Assembly: GCA_963662655.2 (NCBI GenBank)
Contig: CAXXTU010000002.1
Span: 2,272,001-2,336,000 of the forward strand
Length of the DNA stretch: 64,000 bases
Origin: Candidatus Cloacimonadales bacterium
GTDB lineage: Bacteria; Cloacimonadota; Cloacimonadia; Cloacimonadales; JAIOQZ01
Direction of reading: 5' to 3'
Shown here: positions 31,901 through 40,609 of the stretch, one piece after another
Position numbering within the stretch: position 1 is the first letter of the stretch
How the letters are laid out: every line of letters begins with the position of its first letter
The notes under the pieces: generated by a model
Told to the model about the DNA's origin: nothing
The model's input: only the letters and a program-made list of their open reading frames with translations
The model's database searches: none
Made by a program: the position numbers and the translations under genes

Positions 31901-33922
31901 GCCAATGATAATCAAGTGATCTTCCATTTTATTAAGCATCGAATCAAGGACAACCCTCGACGTAAATTTTCGGAGAACCTTTTGATGGTCTTGAAACACG
32001 TATATGCTTGTAAATACCGAAGCAATGAACGAGCTGAAGAACACGATAACGAAATCAGCGCTCGTTATCCAGTTATCGAATATTTCAGCCCAATTATCTT
32101 CATAAGCAACCATCGAATTGAAAATGACCGAAACCAGAACGCTTATCGCCATCCATATAAGAGAAATGGGAAAGATCACCCAGTAATATGAAGCAGCTTT
32201 GAAAAAGTTAGTCCAGTACAGTTGTGGGTAAATATGCCTTGAATTGATACCGAACAATTCATGAAAGACGCCTTTTTGGTCGTCCGATAAACCATCCCAG
32301 AGATGTAGCGAAATCAACTTTCGAAAAACAAACAACAGTATGAACATGATCGCCAGGAAGGAGTCCTGTTGAAGCATGACTGACCAATGATAGGCCGTAC
32401 CAACGGGCTGCGATGTAAAAAAAACGACCTGATTGATCGTCAGCACTAAAATGCATGTCGACAAGCCCAGGATAAACTCGATAGAGTTCTTCCGAACATA
32501 GACTCTCAAGTAGAATAAAACAAAACATATTGCGCAAAAAATTACGAAAGAAATAATTCCCCAAATCAGTTCGAATACTTGCGCCATTTTCGTGATTCCG
32601 GTCCAACGGGTAAAAAACCACCAGTTTATAAACAGAAAAACAAACGTAAATATTTTTGTCCTGTATCGGTGCAGGTTATCTCTTTTCTTTCCGGGATCGA
32701 CTTCTCTTGTGAAATGGTACAGCAACAGGATTGCCAATATCGTAAATCCTTGGGATAAAAATGCCCCCATCCCCATTTTTATTGTATTATCGACCTCTAA
32801 GCTCTTGAGAGTCATGGAGATAAATCCCCAAATCAGTTCGAATACTTGCGCCATTTTCGTGATTCCGGTCCAACGGATGAAGAACAACCAGTTTACAAGC
32901 AGAGAAGCAAACGTACAAATATGTAACCTGTGTCGGTTCAGGTTATCTCTTATCTTTCCGGGATCGACTTCTCTTGTGAAATGGTACAACAACAGGATTG
33001 CCAATATCGTAAATCCTAGGGATAAAAATGCCCCCATCCCCATTTTTACTGTATCATCGACCTCTAAGCTCAGGGGGATCATGGAAAACTTCACCAGGAT
33101 TTCCGCATATGATTTCAACGGCATTAACAAAACCGTAATGATGATCGAACATATCGCCGATCCAACAAGGAACCTCGCAGCACCCAGGCTCCAATGGCCG
33201 AATATTGATCGAAAATTCCTTATCGACTCTGCAGATTTTTTATATCTGAGCAAATTCGGGATCAAGGTGACCAAAATGCCTAACAGCAGGTTTTGAAGGA
33301 TCAAGTACCTTGCTTCTACAATCTCCGTAGGGATGAACTGGAGTGAGGCATAAGTAATATTAAGGGATATAAAAGAATTTAAAAAAAGGGAGTAGATTGC
33401 GAAAGCAGTCCGGTTTCTTTTTCTAACATTCCGAATTGCCATCATAGCTGCCGCGATACCGATCATAATCCAAACAGATAGAAAGGCTCTATGCCAGACA
33501 GAATACTGACGACCGGACATCTCGGTCAAACTTACATAGAGAGCGAGGGTATTGACGAACAACACGATCGACATCCAAATCAAGCGTTTCTTTTCTCTCT
33601 TTTTCGGAAAGCGACTATGTTTGAAGTAAACCAAACTAGATGCCAGGCAAAGCGTAACAATTACATTGTAGGGGACAGACGCCCCCAAGAGAGTAAAATC
33701 ACTGTAGGAAGATGATCCCTCTAGAAATGCTAATTTCATCAAGACAGGGGATAACATCGATATGAGGCAGATTAGAACTGTAATTATCGCCAGTCCATTA
33801 TACAAGTTGTTTGTTTTACGCACCTCGCGGAAAAGTACTGTTTTCCTTGCTCTGCTGATCCAATCGTGTTCTTTCTCTTTATAGAATGTTTCGAAATCAT
33901 ACTTATCTTTTACTGGCAGCAT
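28964..33922 (-). CDS. 1652-aa polytopic membrane protein with RCK/TrkA-N-like and ACT-like domains
   Basis: First ~640 aa mostly hydrophobic helices; MEDHLIIIGMRSLGRNIL and FLFIGEGKVV (RCK-like); ITFCLSDKAGSLAMLL and INIWGDGNDIPGTFSTAL (ACT-like). Confidence 0.6.
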   Translation of the reverse strand: MLPVKDKYDFETFYKEKEHDWISRARKTVLFREVRKTNNLYNGLAIITVLICLISMLSPVLMKLAFLEGSSSYSDFTLLGASVPYNVIVTLCLASSLVYFKHSRFPKKREKKRLIWMSIVLFVNTLALYVSLTEMSGRQYSVWHRAFLSVWIMIGIAAAMMAIRNVRKRNRTAFAIYSLFLNSFISLNITYASLQFIPTEIVEARYLILQNLLLGILVTLIPNLLRYKKSAESIRNFRSIFGHWSLGAARFLVGSAICSIIITVLLMPLKSYAEILVKFSMIPLSLEVDDTVKMGMGAFLSLGFTILAILLLYHFTREVDPGKIRDNLNRHRLHICTFASLLVNWLFFIRWTGITKMAQVFELIWGFISMTLKSLEVDNTIKMGMGAFLSQGFTILAILLLYHFTREVDPGKKRDNLHRYRTKIFTFVFLFINWWFFTRWTGITKMAQVFELIWGIISFVIFCAICFVLFYLRVYVRKNSIEFILGLSTCILVLTINQVVFFTSQPVGTAYHWSVMLQQDSFLAIMFILLFVFRKLISLHLWDGLSDDQKGVFHELFGINSRHIYPQLYWTNFFKAASYYWVIFPISLIWMAISVLVSVIFNSMVAYEDNWAEIFDNWITSADFVIVFFSSFIASVFTSIYVFQDHQKVLRKFTSRVVLDSMLNKMEDHLIIIGMRSLGRNILRTIFPDIHMHERGYEPDYRNSHETLLLILQNLPSFLKPKDPMKIINSLSRFFRKLLSGYLQLKDPTKFSDRSFRVIIDENFNFYIVSTKVLIIDQDESNFRMLFEKSPDYSVGFFCPWRDFEQGLFIAISGNVVHPTIRHTANFQKAKLVDCTIHNNEIAMALASLRHPPKKIFSQYNSPLYDLITALTHKSSTYLINSESIEGISISQRIIIWFMQYLYKNTKIENNLYSQDVYPNMPNFLFIGEGKVVYSILRAIILSMETIGIEFRQAIEYLNHACTIFTNDKDLLDEYKPFSKSKLFSNSFKQFDASKQESYEKFLYWEFFPVRRHNSDLEHDLARIPVYHNNLYNFENYAELVKLLDETDRYPDLIVFLDKDPYGCSSLLNRAMNVFNIGHESMRKPLPSMIVSANYQDRVYANEQLMKYLMYNQPELELRGFPTPLPLEANITRNSVASNQNASMIRALFTTIEDSRREWIVRKMDILGMMDNDQDSEKDQLEAEITFCLSDKAGSLAMLLATLNHKEYIVSEKLPSLRPSFSFCYSYKERHFQQTFIFTGTAFLTEQQPSNIGEAIEACYINTSDGSLGKFQEALRPVSKYLPKGPELHDPCPNNSAVLTGCTISAFLKHKNIPTRAKGSIHTKPVTASSRTMSDLPERVHINIWGDGNDIPGTFSTALCDLMMWDMTDLPEAAEYNLLPLIEFSTSIPCGNNGRAQKRFYMRLWDKNKYKDIEDRLKEESAASNSEKKRYRGELGMVNRCMEKRKEVEHFGAILGMKIKKGGGLITWANAGSEEIFDLVPTDNWFLYMVKLNQFLNKRYTKDHTYTSRFNRAHSPKGGKPLSNISKDGRYSLFIIIRTVDGGNNGSSEEPMLKCLDHYYLIAADGTNRLTYSFSIEKDLLDEFTNTYLRPSGKVKKNYYRIMNDSAYSDRRFRSSLLKSGHELAIIRNDLLKSYKKDSMDVNNRLFFFDDI
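32559..33071. repeat. Intragenic tandem duplication, 267-bp period (89 aa)
   Basis: 32559-32804 and 32826-33071 are near-identical: LEVD.T.KMGMGAFLS.GFTILAILLLYHFTREVDPGK...RWTGITKMAQVFELIWG occurs twice. Confidence 0.95.
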
Positions 33923-33986
33923 AGTTTCCCCTCATTTATTGCATTCGATAAAATTTTCAGTTTCTGATCCGTTTTTCGTAGCGATG

Positions 33987-35162
33987 TCAGATATCCCTTC
34001 GGGATACTTGAAGAGTCGCACAGAAAAGGAGGTAATTCACCCCAAAAGAGTTATACTGTGTCAGTTTAATCTGGTTTGCAGATAAACGGTATCGTATATT
34101 GATAAACCTCCTGTTCAGGCGATCGAAATCCATATTGAACACGTCCAGAAAAATATCACTGAGTTCAGTCGTGGATAGATTCGTGCTGAAATGGATACTA
34201 TTCTTGCACAATCTCCGTTTGTCGTTCATGAGTTTATTCAAGTCAGACCAGGGGTGATTGTCGCTTGTTTCAATGTGCGAGTACTTTTCTATCAGAGCTT
34301 GTTGATAAGGTATTTTAGCCCATTCAGGATAACTTAGTTGCAGAGTATCCAATCCTGCATAGTAATGACCATGATCGCTGTAAAACTGGACTTTATCATT
34401 ACTTTTCCTTGTTGTTTTAGATGAGGATATTCCATCCGGAAGACACATGAATCTTGGAATCAACCTCCATTTCATCTTATTTGGTTTTTTAGGAGATGAT
34501 CGAAACCGAAAAAGCCCAATGATCCATGGTTTTTTGCGGAAAAGACCACAATTGATAGAGTGCAGCAGCACGGTTCGAATCGGAAGACGGAAACTTTTTC
34601 TTAGGTACATTAAAGCATTTAGTGGGTGGGGATGTTTTGTACTTGAAAGATACTCGCTGAACGTACCGGTCAATTTCCGATGTGGCATCAATAACCAGAA
34701 GGCATATAGATTGCAGATCAACTCGACGACATTATGGTCGAACAGCGTATTGTTTTCGGAGCAAGTGTGGCGGTAGAAATCAATATACCGCCTCAAGTAC
34801 AAATGGCCGAGTTCGTGGGCAATGAAGCTTCGCTCCAAAGGTTCCAATTGGTCACCAAGCTCGAATGGGCGATTGCTTGAGAAATCCAGAATTTGTTGTT
34901 GATATCGATTCCTCCCCTGTATTGCAATCTCATATTCAATGAATTGATCTTGTCTTTTTTTCCCTAACTGCAGCAACACGGCTGGTGCACCATAAATGCT
35001 CATTGCATCAGGGTTGTATCTTATCCGATTGACATGAAAGCAGCGCATGGCCTGGATTATGGGATCACAAGTAGATTCAAACGGACAGATGTCCCTGATG
35101 TGATCGGTAATATGCTCAGAGAATACCGTCTGTAGTTCGTAATCAAAGTAAATGTTTCGCAT
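33987..35162 (-). CDS. ImmA/IrrE-family metallopeptidase domain protein
   Basis: ERSFIAHELGHLYL...VELICNLYAFWLLMP matches the HExxH...E..AN.FA..LLMP pattern. Confidence 0.75.
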   Translation of the reverse strand: MRNIYFDYELQTVFSEHITDHIRDICPFESTCDPIIQAMRCFHVNRIRYNPDAMSIYGAPAVLLQLGKKRQDQFIEYEIAIQGRNRYQQQILDFSSNRPFELGDQLEPLERSFIAHELGHLYLRRYIDFYRHTCSENNTLFDHNVVELICNLYAFWLLMPHRKLTGTFSEYLSSTKHPHPLNALMYLRKSFRLPIRTVLLHSINCGLFRKKPWIIGLFRFRSSPKKPNKMKWRLIPRFMCLPDGISSSKTTRKSNDKVQFYSDHGHYYAGLDTLQLSYPEWAKIPYQQALIEKYSHIETSDNHPWSDLNKLMNDKRRLCKNSIHFSTNLSTTELSDIFLDVFNMDFDRLNRRFINIRYRLSANQIKLTQYNSFGVNYLLFCATLQVSRRDI

Positions 35163-35176
35163 GAAGTTTTTGTGGT

Positions 35177-36349
35177 CTATGTCTTATTCGCTTCATCGTA
35201 CCGATTGAACAATTCTTCCAACTGGATTTTGCTTGTATTAGCAAGACACACAAAAGGATTTTGAGAGTTCCTATACGATGAGTTCTTTACTTTCTTTGCA
35301 GCCACTGCGCTTACAACATCAATCAGTTTCGTGAAATCCCTATCCGAATGAATCGTCTCAGCAAAAACCTCATGTAATCTTCGGAGTTCACTGGTTTCGG
35401 TTCTGACACTCATGTTGAATCTCTTTTTCAATTCTTGCATGCTGTTGTCGTTGACTGCTTTCAGTTGTCCCGGAATCCATACTCTTTGGATGATCTCACC
35501 CTTTTCTGGATGCAATACCCAAGAATCATTTGAAGAATTGATATAGAAATCTTGTTCAAGGTAATTATTAATCCCTATGCTAGTGAACAAGTTTTTGAGC
35601 GCATCGTCCTCCACGATACTGTCTGGAGTCTGACTGAAAAATTCGATCATGAGTGGATACTGCAGGCAGATTTCTGGGCTCGTGTCACATCTGCAAAGTA
35701 GGTAATACTTCCTGCACAGGGATTCGTCGTGGAAACTCGGATATGGCCCGTATAGGCAACCCCTGAAATCGCTTTGTATGGTAGTTTTCATTTCGTTTAC
35801 TGGGTTCGGGGTCAGAAATCTCCTCCGGAAGGTCATGAAGAAAAGGTGTGTATCCTGGGGAGCTAGTTGCATAATACGGCGGTAGCTAAGCCTTCCGAGA
35901 ATTTTTGGAAAAGCTGGACCTTGAACGATGATGAAATGACTGGATTTATTATCGGGTTTTTTAATCTTCTTCTCCTCTTTCTTGCTCGCCTCAGCTTCCC
36001 TTATGCGTTTCACGCACTTGAGGATTTCTCTAACAAGTGCATCCGCAAGCATCCTCTCGAAAGCGGCATCGATCAGTTTGACTTGTTGCAACCACTCCGT
36101 ATTCTTGGGAGAGAGCGTCGATTGAGCTTCAGGATAGTACCCTCCAATACCAGAAATCCCCATCGTTTCCATAATACCCATTTCGGGGAATGGAACGAAC
36201 TGCGTTTGTGGTTCCCAGTCGAGAATATCGTTGTCGATATCCTTGGAATCGTCCCCTTCCGAGCTTGTTGTGGACGAAATACTGATAGCCACTCGAGATG
36301 GTGTTATAAACCATGAATATCCAATCCAGTACAAGGTTGTCATCATCAA
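35177..36349 (-). CDS. Hypothetical protein (390 aa)
   Basis: Long ORF coupled to the HD gene by a 4-bp overlap; no confident family. Confidence 0.75.
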   Translation of the reverse strand: MMMTTLYWIGYSWFITPSRVAISISSTTSSEGDDSKDIDNDILDWEPQTQFVPFPEMGIMETMGISGIGGYYPEAQSTLSPKNTEWLQQVKLIDAAFERMLADALVREILKCVKRIREAEASKKEEKKIKKPDNKSSHFIIVQGPAFPKILGRLSYRRIMQLAPQDTHLFFMTFRRRFLTPNPVNEMKTTIQSDFRGCLYGPYPSFHDESLCRKYYLLCRCDTSPEICLQYPLMIEFFSQTPDSIVEDDALKNLFTSIGINNYLEQDFYINSSNDSWVLHPEKGEIIQRVWIPGQLKAVNDNSMQELKKRFNMSVRTETSELRRLHEVFAETIHSDRDFTKLIDVVSAVAAKKVKNSSYRNSQNPFVCLANTSKIQLEELFNRYDEANKT

Positions 36350-38589
36350 ACCTCCTTTAGGTGAATGCCTTTGTCGAAACAGACTTTCTGGAACCGATCC
36401 TTGAGATATTCACGGCCAACCGTATTCGACATCGGGTCGATCAGAATGATCCTTAACTTATACGCGACAGGTATGTTTGTCCTGAAATCTACTTGATGTA
36501 GTGGGATTGAAGCTGGTGTTTTGACAGACCAGCTTGCCGGGTCGCCCTCGGGGACATAAAACATTTCGTTGACAATCGGTCTTTTCCCGACCTTGATCAC
36601 TCTTTTCTCAGGGTAGCCGCATACATGAAATGGCCCGATAACATCTACGAGTAATCTTCCTGGATGCTCAGCCTCGATCTGTCTCCCAATCTCAAAAATT
36701 TCCCGTTTTTTCTCATTCAGCCACGATTCGGCTTCATGCACCTTCTTGATATGCGAAGGAGCTCTTAGTATGTATGGCCCACCGAAGCATAGCATCGTAA
36801 ATATTCTATCAAGCCATTGACCCGAGTTGTAATACGATTCGGAGTAATGAGGCGGATTCGATGACTTTCTGTCATGATCATAGATTCCATCATGACTCCA
36901 GCTTGTTATAAACGATTTATCGATAACAAGGCAGCATAGATTGAGGATTTGCTCGTAGATAGATTTCTGTTTGCCCGAGCGGCTGTGCTGATCCGCTGCC
37001 CAAATTCCGATCTCGAGTAGAATTTTCACTTCGAGTTGTAAATCTTCAGATTTACTTCTTGAAACAAACGGAATGAGCCTTTTGTGGGCCCCTTTTATCA
37101 CTGAATCCTTATCGCCGTTGTTCAGGTTTTCCCGGAATGCGCATGCCCATGGAAACTCCTGATCGATCATTCGATATGTCTCAGCTATGGCACAGGCAAG
37201 CTTGAGGGTGCCAAAATCCGTGAAATATCGATAAATACGGCTCGCGGTCGATGCTTTTTGATCCAGTGAAACTTGCCCATTTTCTTCTTCCGCCAATTTC
37301 CCTTTTTTCGCTTTGCAGTCCTTTTTAGCTTCCTTTTTTTCTTCATTATTGCAATATCTGTGCGAAAAATCCCGATACTCCATGTAGTAGGTTAGATCGT
37401 TCAGGAACTGATCAAGGTATGGAGATTCGAGCTTGCGCTCTTCATTTAATACATTCGTAACGGTCTGTTCAACGACACCTTTTCGGAATAACTCTGCGAA
37501 TTTTTCGTGGTTATCATCTTTGCCATTGTCTGCACTCGATAAAGAAAAAAAGGATTCGACTGCTTCGTTCGAAAATCTTAGGATGAAATACGAGCACAGA
37601 ATGTATTGCACAATTCTTTCCATCAGTCTCATTCTCGGGGAAAAGTATAACGTATTATAAAGGTAACTCCGCTCAGAGAGAAACCTGTAAGCAGCAACAG
37701 CCGATTTCCCGTGAAGGAAAATCTGTCCACCCTCAGTAGTAATCTCCTGGCCACTCAAGAAGTCCTTGAGCCACTGCATTGTATCACCCTGTCTGCCGGT
37801 TAATCCCATCCATTGCTGATCGCGAAAGATATAGTCGATCTTATCCGCATCGAACGGGCTGTTCATGATGCAATCGAGCCATGTGATCCCGCTTACGCCA
37901 TCGAGCAATCTCTCGTACTCCATGAACTCCTCAAACGCTCTGTTACGGTTCTTCTCTTGTTCTTCAGCGCTACCGGAAACATCTTCTTTCATTGTTTCCT
38001 TGATCAGAGAGAGAAGCCTTATGCGCGTAAGTGTCTCATGGTGGTATGGCATATCGTTGAACGACCAGTGCAATTCACCGAAGACACGCTCGATTAAATG
38101 GGAAAAAGGAATATGCCCTATATCGTGCATTAAGGCGGTTATCACCAATCTTTTTCTCCAATCCTTGAATCTGTCTTTCAGTTCATCATCGTTTTTCAGT
38201 TCAGATATCGTTAGCATGCACTTCTGTAGATACTTCACCCATGTTTCCGCGACGCGCATGACTCCTAGCGAGTGATTCAGTCTTGTATGTGTTGTTTGCA
38301 CTTTCTTAGGGTCTTCGGGATTGAGCCAGTAATCCTGAAGCGCAAGCTGATGAATCCTGTCTAGCATTGACTTCTGCTTGTTCTGCTGATCGGTAATCTT
38401 GTTGTACAGAACCAGAAGTTGCTCGCAGTCATCATCTACGAAACGTTTTATGCTGATATCTATGAAGTTCTGGTCGGATGTACCACTTCCAGGTCGTGAA
38501 TTGCATTTCGTTACGATGAAACTTTTCTCAATTTCCGTATCCGTGGGCCACAGCCCGTCTCCCGGTAAGATTTTTTTATATTTCACCAT
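36346..38589 (-). CDS. HD phosphohydrolase, SAMHD1/dNTP triphosphohydrolase-like
   Basis: RIHQLAL...HTRLNHSLGVM...ALMHDIGHIPFSHLIE...HHE...DADKIDYIFRD...RSYLYNTLYF. Confidence 0.88.
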   Translation of the reverse strand: MVKYKKILPGDGLWPTDTEIEKSFIVTKCNSRPGSGTSDQNFIDISIKRFVDDDCEQLLVLYNKITDQQNKQKSMLDRIHQLALQDYWLNPEDPKKVQTTHTRLNHSLGVMRVAETWVKYLQKCMLTISELKNDDELKDRFKDWRKRLVITALMHDIGHIPFSHLIERVFGELHWSFNDMPYHHETLTRIRLLSLIKETMKEDVSGSAEEQEKNRNRAFEEFMEYERLLDGVSGITWLDCIMNSPFDADKIDYIFRDQQWMGLTGRQGDTMQWLKDFLSGQEITTEGGQIFLHGKSAVAAYRFLSERSYLYNTLYFSPRMRLMERIVQYILCSYFILRFSNEAVESFFSLSSADNGKDDNHEKFAELFRKGVVEQTVTNVLNEERKLESPYLDQFLNDLTYYMEYRDFSHRYCNNEEKKEAKKDCKAKKGKLAEEENGQVSLDQKASTASRIYRYFTDFGTLKLACAIAETYRMIDQEFPWACAFRENLNNGDKDSVIKGAHKRLIPFVSRSKSEDLQLEVKILLEIGIWAADQHSRSGKQKSIYEQILNLCCLVIDKSFITSWSHDGIYDHDRKSSNPPHYSESYYNSGQWLDRIFTMLCFGGPYILRAPSHIKKVHEAESWLNEKKREIFEIGRQIEAEHPGRLLVDVIGPFHVCGYPEKRVIKVGKRPIVNEMFYVPEGDPASWSVKTPASIPLHQVDFRTNIPVAYKLRIILIDPMSNTVGREYLKDRFQKVCFDKGIHLKEV

Positions 38590-38591
38590 AA

Positions 38592-40193
38592 TTAATCCAC
38601 TAAATCCTTGAGGCTTTCGGTTAGATCAAGAGAACCATCTGGTGTCAAGATTGTTACGAAACTCCCTTTCAATAATGAATTCCCCGTGTTTTCAACTGCC
38701 TTGATTTTGCTGAGCAAAGAAAGGGTTGGGGTATCCTTATTCTTCCGACCCCAATTGTACCACGGAATTTCGAGTTTCCAGGCCATGTTAGCCAGATAAT
38801 CAAGAATTGTTGAATCAGAATTCCCGGAGAAGCCGATTGTGCAAACACAGGAAATCTGCGATCCCAATACCCTCCATATCTCACTCATAATTTCCCCGAT
38901 CTCGATATCCTTAACAACATAACCGGGGAATGATATCGATATGGACCTGCGAGAACCACACTCGGGACAATGCTGAATTTTCTCGGCAACTTCCTTGAGT
39001 TTTTCAATCTCATCTTTCGGCAACGATTTATAATGTTTTAAATCAGGAAAAAGCCCATCGTTCAGGGGCCCAATCAATGAGTTATATACGATCTCGATGT
39101 ATTTTTTGAAGATGCTGATCTCATTCTTATTCCCACTGGAACCGTTGGGATCATTTTTATAGAAAATCCTGGCTTCCTCATTCTGATTCCGGCCAGAATT
39201 CTTATCATCTTCGTTAATGCGATGTAAAAGAAAAAAATTATCCCAGGTGCCATCCTCTACTGAGTCCATAATGCCTTTTATCTTGATATTCAGAGGCTGA
39301 TTTGATTCTCGCAGCGCTTCAAAGACGGATATCTCTTTGTTGTAATTCGAGCAAAGGGTGTTCGAGCATACTACATGGTAAACATCACCTCGAAGTGTAA
39401 TGATCCAGGGGCGTCCTTTATCTTTACCCACCTTGCTGTTGTGAGGTATCTTGGAAATCGCCTCTTTGCCGCTTACGACAATGCAGGGAATTTCATCCTT
39501 TGTGTTTAATTCTCGTGTCAAGGCGAGTGGGATGGCACCATCGAAATTTGTCGTTAGCAGAATTATGTTCTGTCCAAGAAGCCTTTGTTTTTTTTCGCAA
39601 ATGATTTCTCGGATCGACCTGTACATCTGGCATGCTATATCGGTAACGGATTTTGGGGGATCAATATTATCAGCCTGTTTTCTTCTTGCTTTTGATGGAT
39701 ATTTACCTTCCGGAGATGACACGGATTCCTTCCAATCATTTTCCTTCATTTGAGCAATCACATCCATCTTGAATATCCAATCATAAAGAAAACTATTGCA
39801 GAATAACTCCCAAAGTTTGCCTTGCTTTTTCAATTCACTGAAAAATTCTGCTTGGATAGGACGTGTTGGATACCGACCCTCTTTAACATGTTTCACGACA
39901 AGAAGGAATACTTCACTCTGGCGCATTTTTTTTGCAGCGTCCATGATTTTAATATTCCCTGCCCTCCCCAAAGCAATTTCGTTGATTACATAAATCGCGT
40001 GGTAGTATTCTTTGATAACTATTGGCGTTGCCCCAGATCCTAGAAGAAAAAGAGGAGCCTTGTTATTTTTCCAGCCTTGCCTAATTGATCTTCTGAGGCA
40101 ATCAGGTCCGGAGTTGTTTTCAGTTTTTTTCTTCAATGGATCATCTGTCATTAACATTACCTTGCCATCATGATTATGACATTTTCCTTGCAT
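38592..40193 (-). CDS. SIR2-like domain protein with Zn-binding Cys pairs
   Basis: PLFLLGSGAT, ILLTTNFD, ITLRGDVYHVVCSNTLC...CPECG...ISFPG, IGFSGNSD; the catalytic 'LHG' reads 'LRG'. Confidence 0.75.
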   Translation of the reverse strand: MQGKCHNHDGKVMLMTDDPLKKKTENNSGPDCLRRSIRQGWKNNKAPLFLLGSGATPIVIKEYYHAIYVINEIALGRAGNIKIMDAAKKMRQSEVFLLVVKHVKEGRYPTRPIQAEFFSELKKQGKLWELFCNSFLYDWIFKMDVIAQMKENDWKESVSSPEGKYPSKARRKQADNIDPPKSVTDIACQMYRSIREIICEKKQRLLGQNIILLTTNFDGAIPLALTRELNTKDEIPCIVVSGKEAISKIPHNSKVGKDKGRPWIITLRGDVYHVVCSNTLCSNYNKEISVFEALRESNQPLNIKIKGIMDSVEDGTWDNFFLLHRINEDDKNSGRNQNEEARIFYKNDPNGSSGNKNEISIFKKYIEIVYNSLIGPLNDGLFPDLKHYKSLPKDEIEKLKEVAEKIQHCPECGSRRSISISFPGYVVKDIEIGEIMSEIWRVLGSQISCVCTIGFSGNSDSTILDYLANMAWKLEIPWYNWGRKNKDTPTLSLLSKIKAVENTGNSLLKGSFVTILTPDGSLDLTESLKDLVD

Positions 40194-40609
40194 AATAATT
40201 TGCTTCGAGTAAGCTATATGTAAGTATCATCCCATTCCAATAAATATTGACAACATCCTGTCAAGTTTATTTTGTTATGCATTATTGACTTATTCTTTAC
40301 CGTTTCCTGCAATCAAGCTAGAGCTTAGTTATGCATAAAGCAAACGAAGTGCCGAAAGCCCTGAAATAAAATCTGGAGAATCAAATTGGATTTTGTGGCT
40401 GAAACTTCAGGTTTCATTGGCCATTTTACGATGTCGAGAAACACTGAAATCCCAATAAATGCTATGCCATTTTTGCACTTTCCGTAAAGCACTTCCATCA
40501 ACCGCATAAATATTGGATAACGACATGAGCGAAATTGAGTAAAATTAAACTTCTTGACATAACAAATCTTTGCGTTCTTAATTCGATTATCAAAATCCCA
40601 GGAGGACGT

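Larger units (their letters stand above)
27300..40400. other. AT-rich accessory island (putative defence island); boundaries approximate
   Basis: Hand-counted 60-nt lines give ~35% GC at 27541 versus ~67% in clpB at 10381; gene content is defence-like; no integrase or att site seen. Confidence 0.65.

Noticed and set aside
36346..38589. HD protein as the missing Cas3 HD nuclease
   Set aside because: Its motifs (HTRxxHSLG, HDIGHxPFSH, DADKIDY) are SAMHD1/dNTPase-type, it has no helicase, and it sits in a separate operon.
27300..40400. Island as a prophage, ICE or transposon
   Set aside because: No integrase, transposase, phage genes, tRNA or flanking direct repeats were seen.
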